DNA of 64,000 nucleotides. It comes from the human T2T-CHM13v2.0 reference genome, Homo sapiens. Below are positions 35,658 through 50,209 of this stretch, piece by piece. How positions within the stretch are numbered: the stretch's first letter is position 1; the number at the start of each line of letters is the position of its first letter. The position numbers and the translations under genes were made by a program. The stretch lies in assembly GCF_009914755.1 (NCBI RefSeq), contig NC_060927.1; one strand, given 5' to 3'. A model generated the notes under the pieces. The model was given only the letters and a program-made list of their open reading frames with translations. It was not told the DNA's origin and ran no database searches.

Positions 35658-36270
35658 TCCTACATTATGTTGCCTCCAAGCAAGCAGGAAACGATGTCCT
35701 CCTTATTCTCTTGATGAAAAAGTAAGATAAGAGCTGTTTGAAGCAAAGGTGATGGCACCTTAGGCAGGGCTGCAATAGGGGTCTTTAGAGGCTCTCAACA
35801 CAGTTGTTATACTTATTTGCGTCACTCCACAAAATGTAACAGAAAAATTTTATTTTCAAAATGACACAAAACCTAAAGATATGTTGAAATTAAAATACCT
35901 TCTATCTAGATCTTTGATTACAAAATTATGGTTAAATTCCTTAAAACTGCAATTTTCTAAGTTTGTGCCCTAAGTTTAGGTTGCTTATTAAGGAACTGAG
36001 AATTCTTCCTAAGATATTATGTATCACTTCCAGAAAGTTCAGAAACCTACCAACAACAAAATTCTACCTAATTCCCTGTGTCAATGCAAACAAAGCTATT
36101 TTCAGGCTGTGCATACTGGGAAAGTTGAGTGATCTTCATCTTCCCTGTTATTACATCTAGGTACCCCCACCATGATTGCCTTTGTGTTCCTGATTATTTA
36201 TAGCCAATTTCGGGGACAGGTTTTGTTTTAAATCTTAATTGGTTTAAATCACCCCAGGAAGGGTAATGCC

Positions 36271-36410
36271 AGCCTGTAATCCTAGCTACTTGGTAGGCTG
36301 AGGCGGGAGGATCACTTGAGCCCAGGAGTTTGAGGCTGCAGTGAGCCATAATTGTACCACTGTACTCCAGACTAGGTGACAGAGCGAAAACCCAACTCTG
36401 AAAAAAACAA
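36271..36410 (+). mobile_element. Alu monomer (FLAM or AluJ right arm)
   Basis: gcctgtaatcctagctact...ggaggatcacttgagcccaggagtttgaggctgcagtgagcc followed by an A-tail. Confidence 0.9.
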
Positions 36411-36599
36411 ATCTTAAATTTCCAGATCATTATCCTTTGAGTAATCTCACTTTGCAAGTGGCCACAGCTAGGGCAGTTATCAAGCTCCTTGTCAAGCCTT
36501 AAAACCTGTAGTGTTTGGTTGTTTAGATAACATTGTGTTGTGCATATCCTAGCAGGATCTGAAAGTTTTTCAAAGCTAAAACTATTATGAGAACTTATC

Positions 36600-36740
36600 G
36601 TTGGTAACTTTGCTTTGCTTGTCATAAATTTGGGCAAATCAGTGCCCATTACTTCTCTGAGTGGGATTTCCTCAGATTTATATTCAGGATGAAAATATCA
36701 TCCGAGATGACTGTGAGTGAGCTGCTTAGGTTTAAGTACA
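36600..36740 (+). mobile_element. MIR fragment
   Basis: tttgggcaaatcagtgcccattacttctctgag...tttcctcagatttata. Confidence 0.55.
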
Positions 36741-37199
36741 TTCCAGCCACTCTTCTGTTAGCACTTACAAGTGGGCTTGGTAAATTACTTTGCAGGGTCA
36801 GTAGAATGCTAACATGCTGGAAACTGAAGGCTAAAAATGACTTATCTGAAGAAGTATGCACAAATAACAATTGTCACTGGAGACAAAGACAAGAAAGTTA
36901 TCCCTAGAATTTGCTACATAAATAGCACATTGACAAATACGTATCTGTATGGTGCCAAACTTCCTAATGAAAATGGAAAATTTTAGTCAAATATTTGATA
37001 TTTCTATGATAAAAAGTGCATAAACTAAAAAGACACTGTCATACCCATATCATAAAACAAAAAGTTGGATTAGTAAGGCTAGCAGATGGTGTATTGTCAT
37101 CTCTACATTGAGCTACTGACTAAACTAAAAGTCTATGAAAAAAACAGCTTATAAGTCAGTCCATTTCCATTTGGATTGGGCACATTGTATTTTTAAAGC

Positions 37200-37811
<612 letters not shown>

Positions 37812-40544
37812 CTTTTTATTTATTTACTGTGGTAAAAAAACACAACATGAAATCTACCCTAATATATATTAAGTATACACTACTCTATTGTTAACTATAT
37901 ACACATTGTTGTACAGAGAATTTCTAGAATTATTTTATCTTGAATAACTAAAACTCTATACTCATTGAAGAGCAACTCACTATTTTCTCCTCCTCCCATC
38001 CTCTGAAAACTACCACTCCACTTTCTGCTTCTGAGTTTGACTACTTTAGGTATCTCATATAAGTGGAAACATGTAGTATTTGTCTTACTGTGACTGGCTT
38101 ATTTTACTTCCCATGATGTCCTCAAAGTTTATTCACATTGCGGCATGCGGCAAGGTGTTCCTAATTTTTAAGCCTGCATAATATTCTATTGCATATATAT
38201 ATATACCATGTTTTTTTTTATTATTGATTTAACCTTCAGTGGACATTTAGGTTGTTTTCCCCTCTTGGCTGTTTTGAATACTGCTTCAACTATGTGCAAA
38301 TGTCTCTTTGAAATCTTGATCTCAATTATTTTGGATAAGTACCTAGGTGTTGGATTGCTAGATCAATATTTTGAGGAACCTCCATACTATTTTTCATATT
38401 GGTTGCATCATTGTACATTCCCACCAACATGGCCCAAGGGTTCCAGTTTATCCACATTCTCTCCAATACTTGTTATTTTCTGTTATTTTGATAATGGCCA
38501 TTCTACCAGGTTTGAAGTAATATGGTGGTTTTAATTTGCATTTCTCTGATAATTAGTGATGTGGAGCCTCTTTTAATATACTTGTTGATAATTTATATGT
38601 CTTCCTTGAAGAAATGTCAATTCAAGTCCTTCATCCATTAAAAAAAATTGGGTTCTTTATACATCTTGGATAGTAATTCCTTATCAGATATATGATTTGC
38701 CAATATTTCATCTTATTTTGTACTTTGCTTTTTTTCCTTTGCTGACTGTTTTGTTTTCTATGCAGAAGCTTTTTTAGCTTTATGTAGCCCCACTTGTCTA
38801 TTTTTGCTTTGTTTGCCTATGTTTTTGGTGTTGTATCCAAGAAACCATTGCCAAGACCAAAGTTATGAGTTTTCCTCTTATTCTAGGAGTTTCATGGTTT
38901 CAGGTCTTACGTGTAAGTCTTTAATTCATTTTAAATTTCAGTTTGGTGTGTGGTCCAATTTCCATTTTTTTGTATTGTATATCCAGTTTTCCCATTATCA
39001 TTATTAAAGAGACTATCCTTTTTCATTTGTGTATTATTGGCACCATTGTGGAAGATCATCTGACAGTATATGCATGGGTTTACTTATAGGATATCTATTC
39101 TCTTCCCTTGGTCTGTATTTCTGCCTTTATGCCAGTACTACACTGCTTTGATTATTGCAGCTTTGCCATATGTTTTGAAGTAGGAAGTGTGATGCCTCCA
39201 GCTGTACTTCCTCAATATTATTTTGGCCATTCAGAGTCTTTGGTGGTTACACAAAAATTTTATTATAGGTTTTCTATTTTTATAAAAATGACACTGGAAT
39301 TTTAATATGGATTTCATGGAATCCATTGTTTTGGGTAGTGTGGAGATTTTAACAGTATTAATCTTTCCAATCCGTGAATACAGGACTTTGTGTTTATATT
39401 TATGTTTTCTTTAATTATTTTAGCAATGTTTTGTAGTTTTTAGTGTATGAGTCTTTTGCTTCCTTGAGTAAGCGCTCCCCTGTCCTATTTTGGTTATTTG
39501 AATGATTTATATTTTTTCATCCACCTGTTCTCAGCCTGTGTGTGTCCTTAAATCTAAAGTGAGTAGCTTGTAGATAGTATATAGTTGAATCTTGTTTTTT
39601 TGCTAATGTACTCAGCCACTCTAAATCTTTTATTAGAGAGTTTAATCTATTTACATAGAGAAAGACTTACTATCGTCATTTTATTAACTATATTTGGTAT
39701 GTCTTTTGGTTTTTCTGTCTTTATCTTCCACTCTTGCTGTCTTCATTTGTTTTATGTTGATTTTTTGTTGTTTTTGTTGGGATGTGCTTTAATTCCTTTC
39801 TAATTTTATTTTGTGTATCTTCTATAGATTGTTATTTGAGGTTACTATGGAGCTTACATAAAATATCTTACAGTAATCTATTTCAAGCTAATAACATCTT
39901 AACTTTAATCACATACAAAAACTCTACTCTTTTTGTTCTCCCCCACCACACATATACTTTATTTTGCGGATGAAACAAATTATATATTTTTATAAATTTT
40001 GTATATTCTCTAGTTAAAGTTAATTTTTATATTTTTGTCTTTTAACTTCTATACTAGAAATGGTTTACTCACCATTATTACAGTATTACAGCATTCTGTA
40101 TTTGTATATTTACCTTTACCACTGAATATTATGCTTTCATAAAGTTTTGTGTTGCTGTCTGGTGTCTTTTCATTTCAACTTGAAGGTCTTCCCTTGGCAT
40201 TTCTTAAGAGCCAGATCAAGTGATGATTAACTTCCCCAACGTTTATTTATCTGGGAAAGTTTTTATTTCTCCTTCACTTTTGAAGGACACTTGTGTTGCA
40301 TGTGGTATTCTTGGTTGGCAGCTTTTTTATTTCAGCACTTTGAATATATCATCCCACTCCTTCTGGCCTGCAATGTTTCTGGTCAGAAAGCCATCGATAG
40401 TCTTAATTTGCCTCCCTTGTATGTGATGTCACTTTTTTCTTGCTGCTTTAAAAATTATCTCTTTGTTCTTTGACTTTTGACAATTTGGTTATGATGTATC
40501 TTGTGTGAGGATACATTATAATCCTTGAGTTCATCTTTGTTGGA

Positions 40545-41093
40545 AGGTCATAATGATAAAGGGATCAATTCATCAAGAACATATAATAATTTTATGTATA
40601 TATGCACCCAACATTGGAGCACTTAAAATATATGAAACAAATATTAACAACACTGAAGGGAGAAGTTGATAATAATTCAGTAATATTAAGGGTCTTCAAT
40701 AGCCCACCTTCACCAATGGATAGATCATCTAGACAGAAAATTAATAAGAAAGCAGTAGATTTAAGCCATACTATAGATCAGTTGGGCCTACTAGACATAT
40801 ACATAAACATCAATTGCATCCAACAACAGAATACACAATTTTTAAAATAGCATATGGAACACTCCCCAGGATAGATTATATGTTAGATCAAAAAACAAGT
40901 AAGTCTTAACAAACTGAAGATTAAAATCATCCCAACTATATTTTCCTACTACAATAGTATGAAACTAGAAATAACAGAAGGAAAATTGGAACATTCACAA
41001 ATATGTGGACAATAACTATTAGATTTCTGAATAACCAAAGGGCCCAAAGTAATCAATAGGGAAGTAAAATAATACCTTGGAAGAAACAAAAAT
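40545..41093 (+). mobile_element. Inverted L1 ORF2 endonuclease fragment
   Basis: Reads IMIKGSIHQEHIIILCIYAPN / KYMKQILTTLKGEVDNNSVILRVFNSPPSPMDRSSRQKINK; flanked by TTTGTTGGA at 40536-40544 and 41094-41102. Confidence 0.9.
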
Positions 41094-41159
41094 TTTGTTG
41101 GACTTCTTGAATCATGATTTCCATTTCTTTCCCCAGGTTCGGAAAGTTTGTTTAACAAT

Positions 41160-41528
41160 TGATATGGTTAGGCTTTGCATCCTCACATCTCATCTTGAAT
41201 TATAATCCACGTAATCCCCACGTGTCGAGAGAGACCAGGTGGAGATAATTGAATCATGGACATGGTTTCCCCCATGCTGTTCTTGTGGTAGTGAGTTCTC
41301 ATGAGATCTGATGTTTTTATAAGGGGTTCTTCCCCCTTAGCTTGGCACTTCTCCTTCCTGCTGCCTTGTGAAGAAGGTACCTTGCTTGCTCTTCACCTTC
41401 TGCCATGATTGTAAGTTTCTGAGGCCTCCCTAGCCATGCTGAACTATGAGACAATTAAACCTCTTTCCTTTTTAAATTACCCAGTCTTGGGCAGTTTTTT
41501 AATAGCAGTATGAAAATATACTAATACA
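41160..41528 (+). mobile_element. THE1D-like solo LTR
   Basis: TGATATGGTTAGGCTTTG...CTAATACA; perfect TSD ACAAT (41155-41159 and 41529-41533); TAATTGAATCA at 41246-41256. Confidence 0.93.
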
Positions 41529-42491
41529 ACAATTATTTATTTAAATAAGCTTCCTGCTTCATTCTGTCTTCTTCTGGGAATCCCATACTCACCAATACTG
41601 TATATTGGTCAGCTTCATGGTGTTCCATAAGCCCTGTAGGCTTTTTTTTAATTATGTCTCGTCTGATGCAATGATTTCAAATGACGTTATCTTCAGTTTC
41701 ACCGATTCATTTCTCTTCTTGATTAAGTCTGCTGTTGAACCCCTTCAGGGAGTTTTTCAATTCAGTTCTTGTAGTCTTAAGCCACACATTTCTATTTGGT
41801 TCATTTTAATATTTTAAAAATATTTTCTGTGTCTTTGTTCTTGCATTGTTTTCCTGAGCATGTTGATAGTCTTTATGATGGTTATGTTGAATTTTTTGTT
41901 AGGTGATTCATAAACATACATTTTTTAGAGTGGGATTCTGGAAATTTATTTTATATTTTTGCTTGTGCCATGCCTTCCTATTTTTTCATGTGCCTGATAA
42001 CTTTGTGTTAAAATCTGTGCATTTTAAAAAATAGCCACCTGTCCCATTTTTCGTAGGCTAGCTTCATTGAGGGGAAGGCATTCACTAATCAGTCCTGATA
42101 GGGAGTCTTAGGGTGTCTCAGACCTTTTCTGTGAATGTATTTCCTCTAGAATTGCATATGCAATTTCCCAATTAGAAGAGTGCTGGTTTATTTTCAGGGG
42201 CTCATAATATTTTTCCCTCTCCTGTTTTCTGTGGCATTCCAGGTTCTCTGGAACTGCCATAAGCTACCCTGCTGTCTTTTGTTCTTAGCGGTCCCAGGCT
42301 TCTAGATTATGTGGGATTTTGTCAGCACCCTTAATTGGGCAAGAGTCCTGTAGGAACTCCCTCTGCCCAAAAGGCTAAACACTGGACACATACTCCAACT
42401 CTTTCTTTCACTAGGGAGAAGCCAGGAATTGAGGATTTCTCCTGCTTGTTTTGCACTGAGCCAGTGGGGGCAGTTTTTTAAAATTTAATTA

Positions 42492-42830
<339 letters not shown>

Positions 42831-42844
42831 TTAAACTTAATTTT

Positions 42845-45012
42845 TAATTTCATCATTATTATTATTTTACATTTTAGATTCAGAGGGTGCTTGTACAGGT
42901 TTGTTACATGGATATATTATGTAATGCTGGGGTTTGGGTTTCTATGGAACCCATCATCCAAGTAGTGAACATAATATTCAAGAGATAGATTTTCTACTCT
43001 TGCTTTCTCCTCCTGATTTTGACATACCTGGTGTCCATTGTTTTTATCTTTATGTCCATGTGTACCCATTGTTTAGCTCCCAATTATAAGTGAGAACATG
43101 CATTATTTGATTTTCTGCTTCTGTGATAATTCATTTAGGATAATGACCTCCAGCTGCATCCATGTTGTTGCAAAGGACAAAATTTTATCCATTGTAATGG
43201 CTGTGTAGCGTTCCATGGTATTTCTGTACCACATTTTCTTTGTTCAATCTACTGTTTGTGGGCACTTGGTTGAGTCCATGACTTTGCTCTTGTGAATTGT
43301 GCTATGATAAACATACAAGTAGAGGTATCTTACGAATATAACTTTTTCTTTTTCTTTGGGTAGATACCCAGTAGAGGGATTGCTGGGGTGAATGGTAGTC
43401 TTCAGTTCTATGGAAATCTTCATAATGCTTTCCACAGAGACTGAACTACTTTACGTTCCCACCAACACTGTACAAGCATTCCCTTTTCTTTGCACCCTCA
43501 ACAACATCTTTTTTTTTTTTTTTTTGCTTTTTATAACAGCCATTCTGACTGGTGTGAGATGGCATCTCACATTGTGGTTTTAATTTGCATTTCTTTGATG
43601 ATTAGTGAAGTTGAACATTTTTTCATATGTTTTTTGGCTGCTTGTATGTCTTTTTTTGAGAAGTGACTGTTCATGTCTTATGCCAATTTAATGAAGTTGA
43701 TTTTTTTCCTGTTGGTTTGAGTTTCTTATAGCTTCTGTATAGTCTTTTGTAGGATGCATAGTTTGCAAATATTTTTTCTCATTCTCGAGGTTGTCTGTTT
43801 ACCCTGTTCATTGCTTCTTTTGCTGTGCAGAAGCCTGTTAGCTTTTTTAGTCCTATTTGTCTATTTTTGATTTTGTTGCATTTGCTTTTGAGGCCTTAGT
43901 CATAAATTCTTTGCTTAAGCCAATGACCAGAAGAGATTTTCCTGTGTTTTTGCCTAGGATTTTTATAGTATGAAGTACAAAGTTTAAATGTTTAATCAAT
44001 ATCGAGTTAACATTTGTATATGGTGAGAAGTAGGGATCCAGTTTCCATCTTCTGCATATGGCTAGTCAGTCATCCCAGAACCGTTGATTGAATAGGGTTC
44101 CCTTTCCCCATTGTTTAGTTTTTCAACTTTGTCAAAGATAAGTCTCTTGTTGGTGTATGGGTCTATTTCTGCATTCTCTATGCAGTTCCTTTGATCTATG
44201 TGTTTACATATTTGTACCAGTACCATGCTATTTTGGTTACTATCACCCTGTAGTATAGTTTGAAGTTGAGTACTGTAATGCCTCTGGCTTTGCCTTTTTT
44301 TTTTTTTTTGCTTAGGATTGCTTTGGCTATCTGGACTCTTTTTTGGTTCCATATGAATTTTAGAATAGTATTTCTAATTTTCTGATAAATGACATTGGTA
44401 ATTGATGGGAATTGCTTTGAATCTATAGATAGCTTTGGGCAGTATGGCATTTTAATGATTCTAATCCGCGAGCATGGAACCTTTTCCCTTTTGTTTGTGT
44501 CATCTGTGATTTCTTTTAGCAGCGTTTTATAATTCTCCTTGTAGAGTTCTTCACTTTCTTGGTTAGATGTATTCTTAGGTGTTTTATTTTTGTTTGTGTG
44601 TGGCTATTGCAAATGGGATTGCATTATTGATTTGGCTCTCAACTTTTACTGTATTGATGTATAGAAATGCTACTTATTTTTATACATTAATTTTGTATTC
44701 CAAAACTTCACTAGTTATTTATCAGGTCTAAAAGTCTTTTGGAGGAATCTTCTTGGTTTTCTAGGTATAGAATAATTTGATCAGTGAACAGAAATAATTT
44801 GACTTCCTCTTTTCCTATTTCATTTTCTTTCATTTCTTTCTCTTGCCTAATTGCTCCAGTTAGGACTTCCAGTATTATGATGAGTAAGAGTGGTGACAGT
44901 GGAAATTATTGCCTTGTTCCAGTTCTCAGAGATAGCGCTTTCAACTTTTGCCCATTCAGTGTGACGTTGGCTGTGGGTTGTCATAGATGGCTCTTATTAT
45001 TTTGAGGTATGC
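42845..45012 (-). mobile_element. 5'-truncated L1PA15/16-like element
   Basis: 3' end ttttagattcagagggtgcttgtacaggtttgttacatgg; ORF 44196-44450 reads ILKFIWNQKRVQIAKAILSKK...GITVLNFKLYYRVIVTKIAWYW (ORF2). Confidence 0.92.
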
Positions 45013-45029
45013 CTGGTTTCTGTATCTGC

Positions 45030-46200
45030 CAGATCATGTCCCATTTTTATTGGACTTTAGCATTTTTCTCATCTATTTATATAATTAGGAAATTAATTTT
45101 TTGTGATGTTATTTTTCTTACCTTTTAAATGTTTCTTTTGAGTTTCCTCATGGTAGATATTTTTTCAACATAGATTTTTTTAAATTATGTAATTTATTTA
45201 TACATTTTTCTTTATGACTTTTGAAGTTTTTGTTATTTAGAAAAGTACTACTCACTGAAAAGATAAATAAACTGTACAAAACAAAAATTTCATATTTTAA
45301 TCTAGAACTTTTGTGGTTTCATTCTTTTGGTTTAAATTTTAATTCATCTAAAATATATTTGGGTTTAAGAAGTGAGATAGATTTCAGTTTTTTTTCTAAG
45401 TGGTTATTGCTTTGTCCAAACACCATTTATGAAACAATGTATCTTTTCTAGCTGATTTAAAATTTTAACTGTCTTAATTAAATATATTAGTTTATTTTCA
45501 AATAGCATATTATGTTTCATTTGATGTATATGACTTTGTATTCCACAACTTTAGAGCATTAGTGATTACAGATTAATGATATATTTTAACATCTGGTAGT
45601 GCTAGTTTTCCCACAGTCTCCCTTTAGAGTTTTTCTAGCTAATCTTTCATGTTCATTTTTCACACAAATTTAGAGTCAGCCTGTCTAGGAAAATAAAAAG
45701 TCTTAATGGCATTTTCACTGTGATTCCATTAAAATGTCATATTCACAAATTGAAAAACAAAAAGTTAACATTTTTATGATGGGAAGTTTATCAAAAAACA
45801 TGGTATGTCTTTTCATTTCTTCAATTCTTCTATTTGGCAGTGTTTTTAAAGCACTCTTAGATCTTGCTTATTTTCTATTAGATTTATTTTTAAGGGTGTT
45901 ATCTCTCTTTTGCTATTTTTAAAATTACATTATCTGGTTGATATTTGTGTTAAGAAAAACGATTGATTTTCTAATAATTTTGCATTGAGACATTTTATTA
46001 AATTCTCTTATTTATAATAATATTTCTGTTTGTTATTTGTTTTTAATGGTAGTTTATATACAAAAATTTTGAATTCTCAGAATATATATTTTATTTGATC
46101 TTTAGCATGTCATATTTTCATTATAGTAATTTATCATTTTCTTTCCAATTTTTATGCCATTTATTTTTTGATCTAATTGTCCTGTCTGCCATCTCCAGTT
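45030..46200 (-). mobile_element. Old L1ME ORF2 fragments
   Basis: Degenerate T-rich L1 antisense (gtccaaacaccatttatgaa...cacaaatttagagtcagcctgtc...). Confidence 0.65.
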
Positions 46201-46599
46201 GAAAAGAAATACCATATAAAAAATTGAAGCCCTCAAAGATGATTCTTGAGTCAAAAAGAAATAAAAAAATCATTGTTAGAGAATAGTTAGGAAAAATATA
46301 TACAGTTAAATTGTGGGTCAGACCCTTAGAGGTATAACCAAACTATTGATCAGAAAAGAAAAAAGTTAAAATCTGAAATACCTAATTTATTCTTATCTTT
46401 GTTTATACTTCTTTAAAAATATAAGTAACATAAATATTATTAAAAAGTAAAATAGACTAAAATAAAGCAGAGTAAAGAAATTAGAAATAAAATATTGATG
46501 TAGAAAAGAAACACTGTTGAATAAATACAGATGCATATTTTTTAAACTAATGATTATATTAGTTAATATATTTAATGAAAATATGCCTGAAATATTACC

Positions 46600-46830
46600 A
46601 AAATCAAGCACTTATGTAGAACTTTCTGTGTGACAGGTAGTCTCCTATATCTTGACACATAGTTACTCATTAGCTTCTCATTACAAGTAGGTACTTAATA
46701 ATCCCCATTTTACAATGATGGAAACAAAGAGATTAAATAATTCATTCAGTATTGAACAGTCAATAAGAGGCAGTGCTTGATATCAAACTCAGGTAATCTG
46801 ACTCAAGAATTTATGTGCTATACCATTTTG
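46600..46830 (-). mobile_element. MIR
   Basis: atccccattttacaatgatggaaac...gagattaaataatt...caaactcaggtaatctgactc. Confidence 0.82.
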
Positions 46831-47741
46831 ATGTATGGTCACTCAAACTTGTATATCCTGTCCCTACTAAACAGAATAAAATTATGATATTTTAACATTT
46901 TCTTAATATAAAATTTAAAATAAAAAATTTTAAACTATCAAATATTTAATGTGAATGCTGGATATTTCTTGCAATCAGTTACACTATTGATCATATGGTG
47001 GGTTGGATGTGTTCATCTTGGAACAGACGCAATCCTATTTGAAAACATGACATAGATTCAGAAGCACTGATGAAGGTGTTGGGGCCTAATTCTAACACAA
47101 TCATAACAGCTGAGTATCATTGATATTCTTTTCCACATTAATTAACGTTGCAGGTATAATTTATTTTTACTCTATGAAAGAGTTTACCTTTGAAAGAAAA
47201 AGAACTTTATGGAAAGGTTGGCTCTCTCTTTTGTAAAGTCAACAGCCTTATCCTAGTACCAGGGAGAAGTTAATGGGAAAAAGATATGAAGATGTGATTT
47301 TAATGTGAAGGTCCGAATGAGGGAGTGGAGATCCAGACTCTCCTGGGATAGAGTCTTTTCCTGTGGGGCTTTATGGCACTTTGCTACTGCTATCAAGCTT
47401 TAAATACAAATTTCACAGTGATCTTTTAAACACAAAAATAGTTCTTTGTCATCATTTCCCCATTTCTTTTTCCTTCTTTTGTCACAATTTCATGTTAAAC
47501 TGCTTCTGTGTATCTTTGAAATCTCCAAAGAAATCACCTCTGCACCATAGCCTTCAGCAAATGCTGCTGGAGGAGGCTGGAATGGATGTAAAGGAACAGT
47601 ATGTTTTCCCCAAAGACTGTGAAAGTGTACAGCTTTAGCAGCTACAAAATCAGCTACATTCAACATCAGAATATAAAAGGATATGAGATGACTTTTTTCT
47701 AAAAATGAAAATAATTTTAAAAATCACTGAGCATTTTCAAA

Positions 47742-47757
47742 ACACACACACACACAC
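47742..47757. repeat. (AC)8 microsatellite
   Basis: acacacacacacacac. Confidence 0.9.
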
Positions 47758-48506
47758 AAATTATAAATACCTACTGTAAGTGTGAATGCTTATTATTTTG
47801 TCATATTAACTTTGAGATTTTTATGCCTTACAATAAAAGCATTATATTTTGTCATCCTCTCTTCTTACTATCTTCTGTTTTTCTATTTCCTTTTTATCTG
47901 TTATACCTTTTCATTTCATTTTGTTGAGTCTTGAGAATGTAGAAATTAACTAAAGTCTGCCATACTGGATTGGAGGATAGGCAACTTTTGAGCATTTTGA
48001 CAAGCAAATTTCTTTCAAAGAGAAATTGCTATTGCATATGAATATACCTTTTATTTAAAACAGTAATGTAATAAAATCAATACAGGCATATCTCAGAGAT
48101 GATCTGGGTTCAGTTCCAGACGACTGCAATAAAGTGCATATTGCAATAAAGTGAGTCACACATATTTTTTGATTTTCTGGCACATGTAAGTAATGATCAC
48201 ACTATATTGTAGTCTATTTAGTTTGCAATAGCACCATGATGTCATGCATTAAAAAATGTACATGCATTAATTTAAAAAGCATTTTATTGCTAAAAATGCT
48301 AACAATAATTTGATCCTTCAGTGAATCATAATCTTTTTGCTGGTGGATGGTCTTGCCTCACTTGATGTTGATGGCTGCTGACTGATCATGTGGTGGTTGC
48401 TAAAGATTGGGGTGACTGTGGCAGTTTCTTAAGCCAACAATGAAATTTGCTGCATTGATTTACTCTTTCTCTTACTAAAGATTTCTCTGTAGCATGACAT
48501 GCCATT

Positions 48507-49990
48507 TCATAGCATTTTACACATAGTAGAACTTCTTTCAAAATTGGAGCCAATCCTCTCAAACCCTGCCATTGCTTTTACAACTAAGTTTATATAATAT
48601 TCTAAATCCTTTGTTGTCAGTTCCACAGTGCTCACAGTGTCTTTACCAGCAGTCGATTCCATCGCAGGAAACCACTTTCTTTGCCCATCGGTAAGAAGCA
48701 ATTCTTCATCCATTCAAATTTTATCATGAGACTGCAGCTATTCAGTCACATCTTTAGGCTTTACTACTAATTATAGTTTTCTTGCTATTTCTACCACATT
48801 TGCAGTGATTTCCTCCACTGAAGTCTTAACCTCATCAAAGTTTTCCATGAGTGTTGGAATCAACTTCTTTCAAACTCCTGATCATGTTTATATTTTGACC
48901 TCCTCTTATGAATCAAAAGTGTTCTTAATGGCATCAAGGATAATAAATCTTTTCCAGAAGGTTTTCAAGTTACTTTTCCCAGATCCATCAGAGGAATTAC
49001 CATCTATAATAGTGATAGTCATATAAAATGTGTCCCCTTAATAATAAAACTTGAAAGTCAAAATTACTCTTTGACTTGTGGGCTGCAAAATAAGTGTATT
49101 AGCAGGAATGCAAACAACATTAATCCCCTTGTACATCTCCATCAGTGTTCTTGGATGACCTGGTGCATTGTCAAGTGAGCAGTAATATTTTGAAAGGAAT
49201 CTTTTTCTGAGCAATAGTTCTCAACAATAGGCTTAAAGTATTAAATAAACTGCTATAAACAGATGTGTTGTCATTCAGACTTTGTTGTTTTATTTATAGA
49301 GCACAGAGTGAATTTAATGTAATTCTTAAGGGCCCTAAGGTTTTGGGGGTGGTAAATTAGCATTGGTTTCCATCTAAAGTTACTAGCTGTATTAGCCCCT
49401 AACATGAGAGTTAGACTGTACTTTGAAACTTTGAAGCCAGACATTGACTTCTGCTCTCTAGCTATGAAAGTTCTAGAAGGCATCTTCTTTTAAAAGAAGG
49501 TGGTTTTGTCTACACTGATAATCTTTTGTTTAGTGTAGCCACATTCAGTAATAGATAGCTAGGTTTACTGGATAATTGCTGTAGATTCTACATCAGCACT
49601 TACTGCTTCACCTTATATGTTTATGTAATAGAAGTGGCTTCTTTTCTTAAACTTCATAAACCAACTTCTGCTAGCTTCCAACTTTTCTTCTGAAATGTCC
49701 CCACCTCTCTCAGCCTCCACATAGTTGAGTAGAGTTAAGGCCTTGCTCTGGTTAAGGCTTTGGCTTAAGAAAATGTTTAGCTGGTTTGATCTTCTATCTA
49801 GACCACTAAAACATTCTCTGTATCAGCAATAAGGCTGTTTCAATTTCTTATCATTTGTGTGCTCACTTTTAATTCTCTATAAGAACTTTTTTTGCATTCA
49901 CAACCTGCCTAAGTGTTTCATGCAAGAGCTCTAGGTTTTGGTCCATCATGGATTTCAACATGCCTTCCTCACTAAGCTTAATCATTTCCA
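48507..49990 (-). pseudogene. Decayed Tigger1 (pogo/CENP-B-like) transposase
   Basis: ORF 49271-49483 [31 protein letters not shown]...KPMLIYH.QN.RALKNY and ORF 48507-48713 [49 protein letters not shown]; broken by stops and frameshifts. Confidence 0.92.
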
Positions 49991-49995
49991 GCTTT

Positions 49996-50209
49996 GGATA
50001 TAAAGTGAGAGACATGAGAGTTTCTTTTCACTTCAACACTTAGCAGCCATTGTAGGGCTATAAATTGGCCTAATTTCCATATTGATATGTCTCATGTAAT
50101 GGGGATATAAAGTGAGAGACATGAGAGTTTCTTTTCACTTCAACACTTACCAGCCATTGTAGGGCTATAAATTGGCCTAATTTCCAAATTGATATGTCTC
50201 ATGTAATGG
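49996..50209. repeat. 107-bp tandem duplication, 2 copies
   Basis: 49996-50102 and 50103-50209 differ at 2 positions. Confidence 0.97.

Larger units (their letters stand above)
37812..42470 (-). mobile_element. L1MB/L1MA9-10-like element, internally deleted and interrupted
   Basis: 3' end at ~37812; late ORF2 to ~39470; jump to the EN N-terminus (39471-39600); inter-ORF, ORF1 and 5' region to ~42470; interrupted at 40545-41093 and 41160-41528. Confidence 0.82.

Noticed and set aside
36194-36649. Longest ORF (151 aa) as a real gene
   Set aside because: The C-terminal part is antisense Alu translation (LSPSLEYSGTIMAHCSLKLLGSSDPPASA); the rest has no recognisable domain
47363-47638. Possible coding exon (LQQMLLEEAGMDVKEQYVFPKDCE)
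   Set aside because: Looks protein-like locally, but I recognise no homolog and see no convincing splice pair
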